A stretch of 64,000 nucleotides of DNA from an uncultured Aliarcobacter sp. (GTDB lineage Bacteria; Campylobacterota; Campylobacteria; Campylobacterales; Arcobacteraceae). Shown one piece after another: positions 10,310 through 22,675 of the stretch. Under the pieces are notes generated by a model. The model ran no database searches and was not told where the DNA came from. It saw only the letters and a list, made by a program, of their open reading frames with translations. Each line of letters opens with the position of its first letter. Positions within the stretch are counted from its first letter, which is position 1. A program made the translations under genes and the position numbers. Where the stretch lies: contig CAXXLV010000001.1 in assembly GCA_963664305.2 (NCBI GenBank), positions 480,001-544,000 on the forward strand, read 5' to 3'.

Positions 10310-10382
10310 TTTTTATAATTATCCTATCTTTAAAATCTTAATTTAAAATTTCAATAAATTTAAAAGTAAAATCTAATTTTAT

Positions 10383-10404
10383 AGCCAAAAGCTTTTGCTT
10401 TTGA

Positions 10405-10405
<1 letters not shown>
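10383..10405 (-). terminator. Probable terminator after fabI
   Basis: Imperfect hairpin AGCCAAAAGC-TTTT-GCTTTTGAC(T) directly after the fabI stop. Confidence 0.5.
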
Positions 10406-11937
<1,532 letters not shown>

Positions 11938-11938
<1 letters not shown>

Positions 11939-13140
11939 TAATTATTTTCCTCAATAACTAATGCTTTAACTCCTGGTAAAATTTTTCCTTCAATTAATTC
12001 TAAAGAAGCTCCACCACCAGTTGAAATAAACGTCATTTCATCTTCATCACCAGTAATTCTTACTAAATCTGCTGTATCTCCACCACCAACTACTGTTGTT
12101 GCAAATGAACTAGCTACTGCATGAGAAATTTTTGTACTTCCTTTTGCAAATTTATCCATTTCATAAACACCCATTGGTCCATTCCATAAAATTGTATTCG
12201 CATCTTCTAAAGCTTCATCAAATAATAAAGCTGTTGCAGGCCCAATATCTAATCCCATCCAACCTTTTGGTATTTCTTGAATTGGAACTATTTTAGCAAT
12301 TGCTTCTGCACTAAATGCTTCTGCTGCAACAACATCAACAGGTAAATAAAGTTTTACACCTTTAATTTTTGCTTCTTCCATAATTTTTAATGCTTCAGGA
12401 ATTAAATCATCTTCAACTAAAGAGTTTCCAATTTCATGTCCTAATGCTTTTAAGAATGTAAATGCCATTCCTCCACCAATTAAGATTTTGTCAACTTTTG
12501 GAACTAAATTATAAAGTGCTTCTAATTTTCCTGAAACTTTTGAACCACCAACGATTGAAACAAATGGTCTTTTTGGATTATGAACAATATGATGGAAGAA
12601 TTTAATCTCTTTTGCCATCAAAAATCCTGCTGCTTTATGATTCATATCAAAATATTTTGCAATACCTTCAACTGATGCATGAGCTCTATGAGAAACTCCA
12701 AAAGCATCGTTGATATATACATCTGCCATTGAAGCTAATTTTTTACTTAATTCTTCATCATTTTTTGTTTCACCAAGTTCAAATCTCATATTTTCAAGAA
12801 GTAAAATTTCACCAGTTTTTAACTCTTTTGCCATTTTTAATGTTTCATCACAAACAACACCTGGTGCCATTAAAATCTCTTGTTTTAATAGAATATGTAA
12901 TCTTTTTGCAATTGGTAGTAAAGAATATTTTTCTTCAAAACCACCTTTTGGTCTTCCAAAATGAGATGCTAAAATAACAGAACAATCATTATCAATACAA
13001 TATCTAATTGTATTTAATGCACTTCTAATTCTTCTATCATCTGTAATATTGTTATCTTCATCCATTGGAACGTTAAAATCACATCTAATAAAAACTTTTT
13101 TCCCAGCGATGTCAATATTTTTGATTTCTTGTAATTTCAA
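11938..13140 (-). CDS. pgk: Phosphoglycerate kinase
   Basis: [39 protein letters not shown] start. Confidence 0.98.
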
Positions 13141-13158
13141 TTTAAATCCTTGAAAAAA

Positions 13159-14154
13159 TTATTTTGTAGCTACGTGAACACCCATGTCCACTAATCTTGT
13201 TGAATATCCCCACTCATTGTCATACCAAGATAAAACTTTTACCATGTTTCCTTCTATAACTTGAATTGTATCTAAAGGAACAACTGTTGATAAAGTTTCA
13301 CCATTGAAATCTGAGCTTACTCTATACTCTTCATCAACACCTAAAATACCTTTTAAATTACCTTCAGCAGAAACTTTAAAAGCAGCAATTACTTCTTCTT
13401 TAGTTACATCTTTTTTAAGAGTTACTGTTAAATCTACTAAAGAAACATTTGGAGTTGGAACTCTAATTGCTTGACCGTTTAATTTACCTTTTAAGTGAGG
13501 CATTACTAATCCAATTGCTTTAGCTGCTCCAGTGCTTGATGGAGTTAAGTTAGTAGCACCTGCTCTTCCTTTTCTTGGATCTTTTTTATCTTTTGCATCT
13601 AAAATTGGTTGAGATGAAGTATATGAGTGAATTGTTGTCATTAAACCTTTTTCAATTCCAAATGCATCATCTAATACCTTAGCAACTGGTGCTAAACCAT
13701 TTGTTGTACAAGAAGCATTTGATACAATTGGTTGTCCTGCATATGTATCTTCATTAGCACCCATTACAAATGTTGGAGTATCATCTTTTGCAGGAGCTGA
13801 AATAACAACTTTTTTCACACCATTATCTATATAAGCTTGGCAAGACTCTTGTGTTAAGAATGCACCAGTACATTCTAAAACAACATCTGCACCATATGCA
13901 GCAAAATCAATTTTTGAAGGATCTCTTTCACTTAATAATTTTGCTTTATCTTTACCAATGTAGATATAACCATCTTCAACTTTTACATCAAATTTTGGTC
14001 CGTGAACTGTATCATATTTTAAATTATATTGGATCATCTCTTCACTACCACTAGCATTTGCTGCTACTAACTCAACATCGTTTCGACTTGCAATTATTCT
14101 TGCTACGCATCTTCCGATTCTTCCTAAACCATTTATTGCAACTTTAACAGCCAT
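13159..14154 (-). CDS. gap: Glyceraldehyde-3-phosphate dehydrogenase
   Basis: GLGRIGR, ASCTTN, WYDNEWGYS. Confidence 0.98.
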   Translation of the reverse strand: MAVKVAINGLGRIGRCVARIIASRNDVELVAANASGSEEMIQYNLKYDTVHGPKFDVKVEDGYIYIGKDKAKLLSERDPSKIDFAAYGADVVLECTGAFLTQESCQAYIDNGVKKVVISAPAKDDTPTFVMGANEDTYAGQPIVSNASCTTNGLAPVAKVLDDAFGIEKGLMTTIHSYTSSQPILDAKDKKDPRKGRAGATNLTPSSTGAAKAIGLVMPHLKGKLNGQAIRVPTPNVSLVDLTVTLKKDVTKEEVIAAFKVSAEGNLKGILGVDEEYRVSSDFNGETLSTVVPLDTIQVIEGNMVKVLSWYDNEWGYSTRLVDMGVHVATK

Positions 14155-14244
14155 TTGTTCCCTTTAATATAAATCTAAATGGTAGATATTTTATCGAAAA
14201 ATTGCTATAATAATATTTAAGTATATTAGAAAGGTTTTAAATAG

Positions 14245-14793
14245 GTGCGAATTGCAATATTTGGTGGTAGTTTTGACCCAATTCATATAGCTCATGTAGC
14301 TATAGTTGAAACTGCATTAAAAAAACTTGATATTGATAAATTAATAATTGTTCCTACATATTTGAATCCCTTTAAAAATAGCTTTTATTTAGAACCTAAA
14401 ACTAGATTTGAACTATTAAAAAAAGTTTTTCATAAATTTGATAAAGTTGAAATTTCTGATTATGAAATAAATCAAGAAAAAACATCTTATAGCTTTGACA
14501 CGGTGATTTATTTAAAAAACTTATACCATGCTTCTAAAATATATTTTATTTTAGGAGAAGATAATCTAAAAAATTTAAATAAATGGTATAAAGCTGAAGA
14601 TTTAGGAAAAATTGTAGAATTTGTAGTTGCTACAAGAAAAGGGTTCGAATCAAATGAAGCTAAAAAATTTAAAATTTTAGAAGTAAATATAAATATCAGT
14701 TCAACTTCGTTGAGAGAACAAATTGATATCAAATATATACCACCTGAAATTAAAAATGATATATTAAATCTAACAAAAGGTAAAAGTTTTTGA
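14245..14793 (+). CDS. nadD: Nicotinate-nucleotide adenylyltransferase
   Basis: FGGSFDPIHIAH, ISST; GTG start. Confidence 0.95.
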   Translation: MRIAIFGGSFDPIHIAHVAIVETALKKLDIDKLIIVPTYLNPFKNSFYLEPKTRFELLKKVFHKFDKVEISDYEINQEKTSYSFDTVIYLKNLYHASKIYFILGEDNLKNLNKWYKAEDLGKIVEFVVATRKGFESNEAKKFKILEVNINISSTSLREQIDIKYIPPEIKNDILNLTKGKSF

Positions 14794-15116
14794 ATACAAG
14801 ATTAGAAAACATCAAAAAAATATTAGATGATAAAAAAGCAGAAAATATTGAAGTTATTGATTTAACATCTAAAGACTATATTGTTGATTATGTTGTTATT
14901 GCTACAACACTAAATCCAAAACATGGTTTTGCATTATTAAACTACTTAAAAACTGATTTAAAACCACAAGGTGAAGAATTTTTAAGAGTTGATGAAGATG
15001 ATGATTGGACAATAATTGATTTAGGAGATATTTTTATTCATCTAATGAGTGAAAAATATAGAACAAAATATTCACTTGAAGAGTTTTTATCTACTTTAGG
15101 AAATAAAGAGATATAA
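14790..15116 (+). CDS. rsfS: Ribosome silencing factor
   Basis: DDKKAENI, WTIIDLGDIFIH..R.KY.LE; follows nadD. Confidence 0.95.
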   Translation: MNTRLENIKKILDDKKAENIEVIDLTSKDYIVDYVVIATTLNPKHGFALLNYLKTDLKPQGEEFLRVDEDDDWTIIDLGDIFIHLMSEKYRTKYSLEEFLSTLGNKEI

Positions 15117-15132
15117 AAAAAGGGAAGAATTA

Positions 15133-15255
15133 TTATTCTCCCCCTCCTCTTAAAAGCTTATTGTAATTAGATGCTGCATCTCTTGCACCACCCATATTAC
15201 CTGTATAAATCGCATAACAAACTATAATAATTAGAATACCAATTACCCATTTCAT
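15133..15255 (-). CDS. Small (40 aa) single-TM protein, not in ORF track
   Basis: MKWVIGILIIIVCYAIYTGNMGGARDAASNYNKLLRGGGE*; ATG overlaps the argS stop (TAATG). Confidence 0.7.
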   Translation of the reverse strand: MKWVIGILIIIVCYAIYTGNMGGARDAASNYNKLLRGGGE

Positions 15256-16844
15256 TACATTATATCCTTAGCCTTAATCCCTAATAAAGATAATCCAACA
15301 TTAATACTTAATGCTGCCATTGATAATACTTTTAAATATAAATTTTGTTCATCACTACCAATAACTTTATGTTCATTATAAAACTTATGAACTGATGATG
15401 CAAGATTATATAAATACTCAGTAATTTTTTGCATATCTCTTTTTGCAAATGCTTCATTTAATATTGATTCAAGAAGTAATGATTCATAAACTAAGTTTAA
15501 ACCATCTTGATTTAAATTATCAAAATTTACATTTTCAATATCTTTACTTGTAATTCCTGCTTTTACAAAAACTTGATTAATTCTTGCATGTGCGTAATTT
15601 ATATAAAAAATTGGATTTGATGAATCTTGATTTTTTAACATATCAATATCAAACTCTAAATGAGTATCACTCTTTCTTGTTAAGAAAATAAATCTTAATG
15701 CATCTGGACCTATTTCTTCTGTTATATCAGACATTAAAATTACATTTCCAGCTCTTTTACTCATTTTATAAGGTTCACCACCTTTTAGTAATTGAACCAT
15801 TTGAGATAAAATAACTTCTAATTTTGAAGAATCATTCCCTAAAAATTCGATAGCTGCTTTTACTCTTGGAATATATCCATGGTGATCTGCACCCCAAATA
15901 TTAATATATCTGTCATAATTTCTATCATATTTATCTTTATGATAAATAATATCTCCAGCTAAATAAGTTGGTATTCCATTATCTCTTACAACAACTCTAT
16001 CTGAATCATCACCATATTGAGTAGATTTTAAATAGATTTTCTCATTTTTTTCATATAATGAACCATTCTTTTCAAGAACTTCTCTTGTCTCATCCCATGC
16101 ATAATATAAAGATTTCTCAGAAACAAAATTTTCAAATTCAATACCTAAATCTTTTAAATCTTTAATGATAATTTTCATCACTTCATCTTTACCAAATCTA
16201 GCCATTTCTATGAATCTTGATTCATCATAAAATATTTCATTTCCATGTGTTTCTTGGATTTGTTTTGCAATATCAATTAGATATTCGCCTCTATAGTAAG
16301 TTTCAGGATATTCTACATCTTCATTTAATAAAAAATCTCTTGCAGCTAAAGAAATAGATAATCCTAACATATCCATTTGTGCACCTGCATCATTTATATA
16401 ATATTCAGTTGTGATATCAAAACCTAAATGTCTTCCAACACGAGCTAATGAATCTCCTGCTATTGCACCTCTTGCATGTCCAATATGTAAAGGACCTGTA
16501 GGATTAGCAGAAACATATTCTAATAAAATCTTTTCATCTTTTTTCTCTTGTTTTGCAAAGTCATCTCTATTTGATAAAGCATTGTTTACTAATGTAAGTA
16601 AAAAAGAAGAAGAAAGTTTGAAATTTATAAATCCTTTTACTGCTTCAACTTTTTCAAACATTTCACAATTATCAAACTTTGAAACTAATTCATCAGCAAT
16701 TGCCATTGGTGATTTTTTTAATTCTTTTGCTAAAGAAAAAGCAACAGGAGTTGCATAATGACCAAAAGATATATCTTTTGGTTTTTCAAGAACTACATTC
16801 GTTCCTAATGTTTTTTCTATAAATTCTTTTACTAAATTTTGCAA
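15255..16844 (-). CDS. argS: Arginine--tRNA ligase
   Basis: EYVSANPTGPLHIGH, WGADHHGY, KMSKRAG. Confidence 0.98.
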   Translation of the reverse strand: MQNLVKEFIEKTLGTNVVLEKPKDISFGHYATPVAFSLAKELKKSPMAIADELVSKFDNCEMFEKVEAVKGFINFKLSSSFLLTLVNNALSNRDDFAKQEKKDEKILLEYVSANPTGPLHIGHARGAIAGDSLARVGRHLGFDITTEYYINDAGAQMDMLGLSISLAARDFLLNEDVEYPETYYRGEYLIDIAKQIQETHGNEIFYDESRFIEMARFGKDEVMKIIIKDLKDLGIEFENFVSEKSLYYAWDETREVLEKNGSLYEKNEKIYLKSTQYGDDSDRVVVRDNGIPTYLAGDIIYHKDKYDRNYDRYINIWGADHHGYIPRVKAAIEFLGNDSSKLEVILSQMVQLLKGGEPYKMSKRAGNVILMSDITEEIGPDALRFIFLTRKSDTHLEFDIDMLKNQDSSNPIFYINYAHARINQVFVKAGITSKDIENVNFDNLNQDGLNLVYESLLLESILNEAFAKRDMQKITEYLYNLASSVHKFYNEHKVIGSDEQNLYLKVLSMAALSINVGLSLLGIKAKDIM

Positions 16845-16853
16845 TACTTTCTC

Positions 16854-17084
16854 TTATGATTGTTTTGTTTCATTTTTTTCAGATGTATTTACTTCTGATT
16901 TTTTTTCTATTTCATCAACTTTTTTTGCATCTGCGATTTCATCATCATCTTCTTTTACAGCTTTTTTAAAGTTTTTGATTCCAGAACCTAATCCCTTTGC
17001 AAGCTCAGGTATTTTTTTACCACCAAATAATAATAATACTACTAATGCAATTAATAACCACTCCATACCACCTGGCATACTCAT
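16854..17084 (-). CDS. tatA: Twin-arginine translocase TatA/TatE
   Basis: [26 protein letters not shown]. Confidence 0.95.
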   Translation of the reverse strand: MSMPGGMEWLLIALVVLLLFGGKKIPELAKGLGSGIKNFKKAVKEDDDEIADAKKVDEIEKKSEVNTSEKNETKQS

Positions 17085-17156
17085 GACTTATCCTTATTTT
17101 ATTGATTTTTTGGGAACCATTATAACTATTTAATGCTTAAAAAAATTTTGAGTATA

Positions 17157-17543
17157 TTACTTTAGAAAGAATTGAACTAACTTATATCCACTTCCAGCAA
17201 ATAAAATTGTTCCTATTAAATTTAGTGAAATATTTAAAATTGCAAGATATAAAGAAGTTCCAAATAATAAATAAGTTTCAATTGCAAATGTAGAATATGT
17301 AGTTAATGCTCCTAAAAAACCTGTTGTTAAAAAAGCTTTTAAATTCATTGAAACTGTATAATGAGAGAAATAGGCAAATAATACACCTATAATAAAAGAA
17401 CCTATTAAATTTACTAATAAGATTCCTAAAGGAAATTCTAAAGGTATATATTTGTTTGTAAAATGAACAGCATATGCTCTTGTAATTGCACCTAAAAATC
17501 CCCCTAAACCTATGGCTAAAATTGTTTGCCAACTAAGAGACAT
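17157..17543 (-). CDS. crcB: Fluoride efflux channel CrcB/FluC
   Basis: GGFLGAITR, NLIGSF, TGFLGALTTYSTF. Confidence 0.95.
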   Translation of the reverse strand: MSLSWQTILAIGLGGFLGAITRAYAVHFTNKYIPLEFPLGILLVNLIGSFIIGVLFAYFSHYTVSMNLKAFLTTGFLGALTTYSTFAIETYLLFGTSLYLAILNISLNLIGTILFAGSGYKLVQFFLK

Positions 17544-18219
17544 AATTTTTATACTCTTTATTAAATGCTTCGTTCATTTTCTGTTCTGTATCTTCAAACC
17601 AAGTTGTATCTTTTGAAGCTTGAACTGGCTCTAAAAAAACAACTTTTACAACACCAGGAGCTGCTTTAAGGCTTTTTGAATCTACAATATTTCTTGTGTT
17701 AAATAAAATAATTGGTTGAACTTTTAAATTATATTTATTTGCAACCATTTTAGCACCAGGTTTAAAACTCCCCATTTTTGTGCCATCACTTCTAGTTCCT
17801 TCGGGGAACATTGCTATTGGTCTTTTTTTATCAAGTCTATCTTTTGTCTCTTTTAATAAATGAATAATTCCAGCTTTATTTTCTCTATCAACACTTATCA
17901 TTCTTGGCGCTTTAATAATATGTCCAAAGAAAAATAAATCTGTAATCTCTTTTTTTGCAACCCAAGCTAAATCTCTAGAATGAATGTATTCAATGACAAT
18001 GATATCAAGTAAAGATTGATGATTCATAATTAACATATCGCATGATTCATCAAGTTTACCTTCAATTTCTAGTTTTATTCCAAGAACAAACATTTGAAAA
18101 TTCATCCAAATTTTTATAACTTTATGTGTATGATTTCTAAAAATGTACATACATAATACTGTAATTGCAACAGTTATTGAAAATTGTATAAAAAGTATGA
18201 TTCCTCTAATTCGTGCCAA
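17533..18219 (-). CDS. plsC: 1-acyl-sn-glycerol-3-phosphate acyltransferase
   Basis: NHQSLLD and FPEGTRS motifs. Confidence 0.92.
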   Translation of the reverse strand: MARIRGIILFIQFSITVAITVLCMYIFRNHTHKVIKIWMNFQMFVLGIKLEIEGKLDESCDMLIMNHQSLLDIIVIEYIHSRDLAWVAKKEITDLFFFGHIIKAPRMISVDRENKAGIIHLLKETKDRLDKKRPIAMFPEGTRSDGTKMGSFKPGAKMVANKYNLKVQPIILFNTRNIVDSKSLKAAPGVVKVVFLEPVQASKDTTWFEDTEQKMNEAFNKEYKNYVS

Positions 18220-19273
18220 AACTTTCTTCCTTTATCCAGCCTATAAAGCCATTATCAACACCCAATATTTTTATAAAACCATTTTTTCTTTGTAAAATTT
18301 CAACTTTTTCTTCTTTATCAACTTTGAAAAATATTGTAGAATTTTTTGTTGGTAAAATATAAACAAATGAGTCTTGTTTTACTATACCTTTTTGATTTGG
18401 AAGATTATAAAGAACTGCAACAACAAAAGTAATTACAACTAATAATAGTAACCATTTTTTTCTTTTCCAAATATATAATAATAAAAGTAAAACAAAAACG
18501 ATTATTGCCGCTACTTTTTTGTATTTTTCAAAAGTAGAATCATTTGGATTTAAATCTGTTTGAGTACTTACTAATTCATTTTGTAAAATTAAAGGAATTT
18601 TTACATCTTTAAAACTTTTTGTCATCGAGTTATAATATGTAAATATTAAATTTTTTTGATAAATAGGAGTTACAAAATAATAAACTAAATTTTGTGTACC
18701 TTCCCACTCTTTTATATTTGAAATTCCCTGTTCTTCTATATTTTTTAATTTAAAATCTTCTAAATTTGAGTTTTGGGCATCTATATCAATAATTGTTAGT
18801 GCTTCTTTATTATTATATTGTTTTGTTTTATATGCTTTTAATAGAATATTATCTGCGATGATATTTGAAAATCTATCATCACCATTTATATCTGAATATC
18901 TTATTGGTGTGCTAGATATTTGACTAATATCAATTAATGAGTCACCACTCCATAGTTTTACTTCTATATCTGGTAATCTAAAATTTCCTGATTTAACTTT
19001 AAAATAATAACTATTTTCATAAGTATCATTTGATATTTTTTTCCATGCAGAATTTGGATTTAATAAAGTTATATTTGATGATTCGGAAAAAGATGTTGAA
19101 AGATTTGTAAAATTATTTGTTGTTACTAAAGCTTTAACAACAACTTCAAATTTTTGATTTTTATAAACGTTACTTGGAATTTTTTTGTATGATAAATATA
19201 AATTTTTTGCAGCAAAAAGATCTATAGAAAAAAAAGCAATGAATAGAGTTATTAATAAAAATGATTTTTTCAT
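18206..19273 (-). CDS. Exported/membrane protein with BatD-like N-terminus and C-terminal SH3-like domain
   Basis: Signal peptide, two TM helices, C-terminal ILPT.NSTIF...GFIKI...GWIKE; conserved slot between purQ and plsC in Campylobacterota. Confidence 0.7.
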   Translation of the reverse strand: MKKSFLLITLFIAFFSIDLFAAKNLYLSYKKIPSNVYKNQKFEVVVKALVTTNNFTNLSTSFSESSNITLLNPNSAWKKISNDTYENSYYFKVKSGNFRLPDIEVKLWSGDSLIDISQISSTPIRYSDINGDDRFSNIIADNILLKAYKTKQYNNKEALTIIDIDAQNSNLEDFKLKNIEEQGISNIKEWEGTQNLVYYFVTPIYQKNLIFTYYNSMTKSFKDVKIPLILQNELVSTQTDLNPNDSTFEKYKKVAAIIVFVLLLLLYIWKRKKWLLLLVVITFVVAVLYNLPNQKGIVKQDSFVYILPTKNSTIFFKVDKEEKVEILQRKNGFIKILGVDNGFIGWIKEESFGTN

Positions 19274-19307
19274 TTTATTTTTTTACATAAAGAGATTTAA
19301 CATCTCT

Positions 19308-19979
19308 TTATTGTAAAAAACCCTTTAACATATTTACACCATCAACAGAACCTAAAATTTCCTCAATAGCTCTTTCTGGGTGTGGCATTAAACCAAATAC
19401 ATTTTTTTCTTTATTACAAATTCCAGCAATGTTAGAAACAGAACCATTCATATTTACTAAATTTCCTTCTTTGTCACAATATTTTAAAAGAATTTGATTG
19501 TTTTCTTCTAACTCTTTTAAACCTTCAGCATCAATGTAGTAATTTCCATCGTGGTGAGCAACTGGAATATTTAATACTTCACCTTTTTTTGTTAAAGATA
19601 AAAAAGTATTATCATTATTAATAACTTTTAAAGTATGATATTTAGAGATAAAATGTAAAGAATCATTTCTTTTCATAGCTCCAGGTAATAATCCAGCTTC
19701 TAATAATATTTGAAATCCATTACAAATTCCTAAAACTTTTCCACCTTTTGAAGCATATTCTTTTACAGATTCCATTACATTTGCAAATCTAGCAATTGCC
19801 CCACTTCTTAAATAATCACCATAAGAGAATCCCCCTGGAATTACAACTAAATCAGTGTCAGATGGGATTTTGCTCTCTTTGTGCCATATAATTTCTACAT
19901 CACATCCTAATTGTTCAAAAGCATATTTTGTATCATATTCACAGTTTGTTCCAGGAAATTGTAATACTGATATTTTCAT
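19308..19979 (-). CDS. purQ: FGAM synthase glutaminase subunit
   Basis: FPGTNC, PGGFSYGDYLR, GICNGFQIL, MPHPER. Confidence 0.97.
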   Translation of the reverse strand: MKISVLQFPGTNCEYDTKYAFEQLGCDVEIIWHKESKIPSDTDLVVIPGGFSYGDYLRSGAIARFANVMESVKEYASKGGKVLGICNGFQILLEAGLLPGAMKRNDSLHFISKYHTLKVINNDNTFLSLTKKGEVLNIPVAHHDGNYYIDAEGLKELEENNQILLKYCDKEGNLVNMNGSVSNIAGICNKEKNVFGLMPHPERAIEEILGSVDGVNMLKGFLQ

Positions 19980-19980
19980 A

Positions 19981-20226
19981 TTAACCTACTATTTCTATAT
20001 TATAATCTTCAATAACTGTGTTAGCTAAAAGTTTTTCACACATTTTTTTTACTTCAACTTCAGCTTCTTCTTTGCTTGAAGAGTTTAATTCAATAATAAT
20101 TTGTTTTCCAATTCTTACATCTTTAACAATCTCTTTAAAACCTAATGTATCTAAAGCATGATGAGTTGCTTTACCTTGATCATCAAGAACACCTTGTTTT
20201 AATCCTACATTTACAATTGCTTTCAT
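19981..20226 (-). CDS. purS: FGAM synthase subunit PurS
   Basis: LKQGVLDDQG, VRIGK, LLANTVIEDY. Confidence 0.95.
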   Translation of the reverse strand: MKAIVNVGLKQGVLDDQGKATHHALDTLGFKEIVKDVRIGKQIIIELNSSSKEEAEVEVKKMCEKLLANTVIEDYNIEIVG

Positions 20227-20297
20227 TTGTCACCTTCAATTTATATTTTTTGCGATTATATCTAAAACTGCCTTATAGCAATTTAGCTTAGTTTTTC

Positions 20298-21251
20298 CTA
20301 TTTACTTAATCTATTAAGAATAGTTGTATATCCACTTAAAATTTTATCTTTTATTTCTTGTGGTACAACAACATCTAATTTTTGACCAGCTTTTAATTCT
20401 TTTGCTTGTTCTTTCCAGTTTTGAGCTTTTCCAAAATCTCTTAAAATTTGTTTATCCATAGAGATATAATTACCTGCATCAAAATCTTCTTTAGAGATAA
20501 ATCTTGAACTTTCAGGAGTTAAAATTTCATCTCCTAAAATCCATTCACCTTTTGAATTTACGAAAACTTCAAGTTTTGTATCAACTACAATAATTCCATT
20601 CTCTTCTGCAAATTTAGTAAAATCTTTAAATAGTTTTTCTAAACTAGAAATAATCTCAGGGAAAGTTTCTCTTACTTTTTGAGAATTTAAAGGAATATCT
20701 TTTACACCTTTTGTTGTAGGAGTAAATAATGGTGTTTCAAATTTTGACCACTCTTTTAAATCAGAAGAAAGATTTAATCCATAAGGGTCTTGTCCTTTTT
20801 GTGTTGCTTCAAATAAAGAACCTGTTAAATAATTTCTAAAAATTAATTCAAATTGAACTACTTCTCCATCAATTTCTGCTTCTAATGCTTTACATAATTC
20901 CATCAATTGGCATCTTGGAGCTACACTTAAATTTTGGTCAACTGTTTCATCTAAAATTGCTGTTCTAATTCCAGATTGTTTTGCAAATTTTGCACCATTA
21001 TTTGAAATTGCAGTTTGAGAAACACCTTTTCCTTCAATTTCAAGATTTAATGGAATATCAAATACCGAACATCTATCACTTCTAACTAATAAAACTTTTG
21101 CATCATCACCTGGACAAGTATAAAGGTCTGCATTTTTTCCAATATAAAATAAGTTGTAACCTAACTCTTCAAGTTCTGCAATACCTTTTTGAGTTGTAGT
21201 TTTTTTTGATTCTGGCCAAAGACCAAGTGCTACAATATCACTAATTTTCAT
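20298..21251 (-). CDS. purC: SAICAR synthetase (long ADE1-like type)
   Basis: GK..DLY, SDRCSVFD, RNYLTGS, FTPTTK, DTKLE, DEILTPESSRF, DKQILRD. Confidence 0.9.
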   Translation of the reverse strand: MKISDIVALGLWPESKKTTTQKGIAELEELGYNLFYIGKNADLYTCPGDDAKVLLVRSDRCSVFDIPLNLEIEGKGVSQTAISNNGAKFAKQSGIRTAILDETVDQNLSVAPRCQLMELCKALEAEIDGEVVQFELIFRNYLTGSLFEATQKGQDPYGLNLSSDLKEWSKFETPLFTPTTKGVKDIPLNSQKVRETFPEIISSLEKLFKDFTKFAEENGIIVVDTKLEVFVNSKGEWILGDEILTPESSRFISKEDFDAGNYISMDKQILRDFGKAQNWKEQAKELKAGQKLDVVVPQEIKDKILSGYTTILNRLSK

Positions 21252-21262
21252 TAAAATTCCTA

Positions 21263-22561
21263 TTATTTATTCATTATTATTAAACTTTTCAAGATTGCTA
21301 ATGAAGTATTCAATTGATTATCTTCTAGTAAATCTTCACCTGTTATTACTTTTTTAGTTTCATCATTCATAACTTTTAATTCTTCTTTTTTTACATCATC
21401 TACTTTTTCAAGTTCTCCTTCAAGATGTTTTTTCAAATCAGCTTCTTTTATTTTTATTGCATTGTCATCACTTTGAGTTACTTTACCTGCAGCTACTATA
21501 ATATCTGGAGTTACTCCTGTTGCTTGGATAGTTCTTCCACTTGGTAAATAATATTTAGCAATAGTTAATTTAATATTTTCACTTCTTTCATTGTCGATTG
21601 GAAGTACAGCTTGCACTGAACCTTTTCCAAATGTTTTTTCTCCAATAACAACTGCTCTTTTGTGATCTTGTAAAGAACCACTTACGATTTCAGAAGCAGA
21701 TGCAGAACCTTCATTTACAATTACAACTAAAGGTAATTTTGTTTTAGTATTAAAACTACTTGCTTCAAATTTTTCTTCATCTTCAGCTGTTCTTCCTTTT
21801 TGAGAAACAATAACACCTTTGTCAACAAATAAATCTACAACACCTATTGCTTGATTTAATAAACCACCTGGATTATTTCTTAAATCTAAAATAAACCCTT
21901 TAATATTTTTATTTTCACTTATAATTTTTTCTAAATCTTCTGTAACTTTTGTATCAAAACTTGAAATTCTTAAATACATTACATCTTCTTTTTCTATTTT
22001 CTTAGCAAAAACTGATTGTATTTTTATAATATCTCTTTTCATTTTTATTTCAAGTGGTTTCAATTCACCTTTTCTTACAACAGTTACAACAATATCGGTT
22101 TTAGGTTCACCTCTCATAAGATTTACTGCTTCATCTAAAGTCATACCTATTGTTGATGTTTCATTGATTTTTAAAATAATATCACCAGATTTAATACCTG
22201 CTTTAAAAGCTGGAGTATCATCAATTGGAGAAATAACAGTTAAAGCACCGTCTCTCATTCCAACAGTTATTCCTAATCCACCAAACTCACCTTTAGTTTG
22301 AATACTCATCTCTTTTGATGCTTTTTTATCAAGATATGTTGAATGTGCGTCTAATTCTTGCATTAAACCTTTTAATGCTTTGTCAACTATTTCTTGAAGT
22401 TTAATATCATCAACATAATATTTTTCAACTGTTCCTATTACTTTTGTTAGTTTAGATAACGATTCAAACCTACTTTGTTCAGTTTGAACAACTTCCTCTT
22501 TTGAGAAAAGAGATTGTGATAAAATTAATGCAATTGTGGAAGCTAATATTATTCTATTCAT
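21263..22561 (-). CDS. ctpA: Carboxy-terminal processing protease (S41)
   Basis: PDZ (GGLGI), DLRNNPGG, SASASE, FGKGSVQ. Confidence 0.95.
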   Translation of the reverse strand: MNRIILASTIALILSQSLFSKEEVVQTEQSRFESLSKLTKVIGTVEKYYVDDIKLQEIVDKALKGLMQELDAHSTYLDKKASKEMSIQTKGEFGGLGITVGMRDGALTVISPIDDTPAFKAGIKSGDIILKINETSTIGMTLDEAVNLMRGEPKTDIVVTVVRKGELKPLEIKMKRDIIKIQSVFAKKIEKEDVMYLRISSFDTKVTEDLEKIISENKNIKGFILDLRNNPGGLLNQAIGVVDLFVDKGVIVSQKGRTAEDEEKFEASSFNTKTKLPLVVIVNEGSASASEIVSGSLQDHKRAVVIGEKTFGKGSVQAVLPIDNERSENIKLTIAKYYLPSGRTIQATGVTPDIIVAAGKVTQSDDNAIKIKEADLKKHLEGELEKVDDVKKEELKVMNDETKKVITGEDLLEDNQLNTSLAILKSLIIMNK

Positions 22562-22675
22562 TTTTTTAATAACCTTTAAAATTTATAGAAAAAAATTATA
22601 CAAAAAACTTTATAAAAGTAAGATTTTATTAAAAATCTTGTACCATATCAACTACTTTAGAAAAAGGTCATTAAA

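Noticed and set aside
17543..17650. Fluoride riboswitch before crcB
   Set aside because: crcB overlaps plsC, leaving no leader, and the motif is absent
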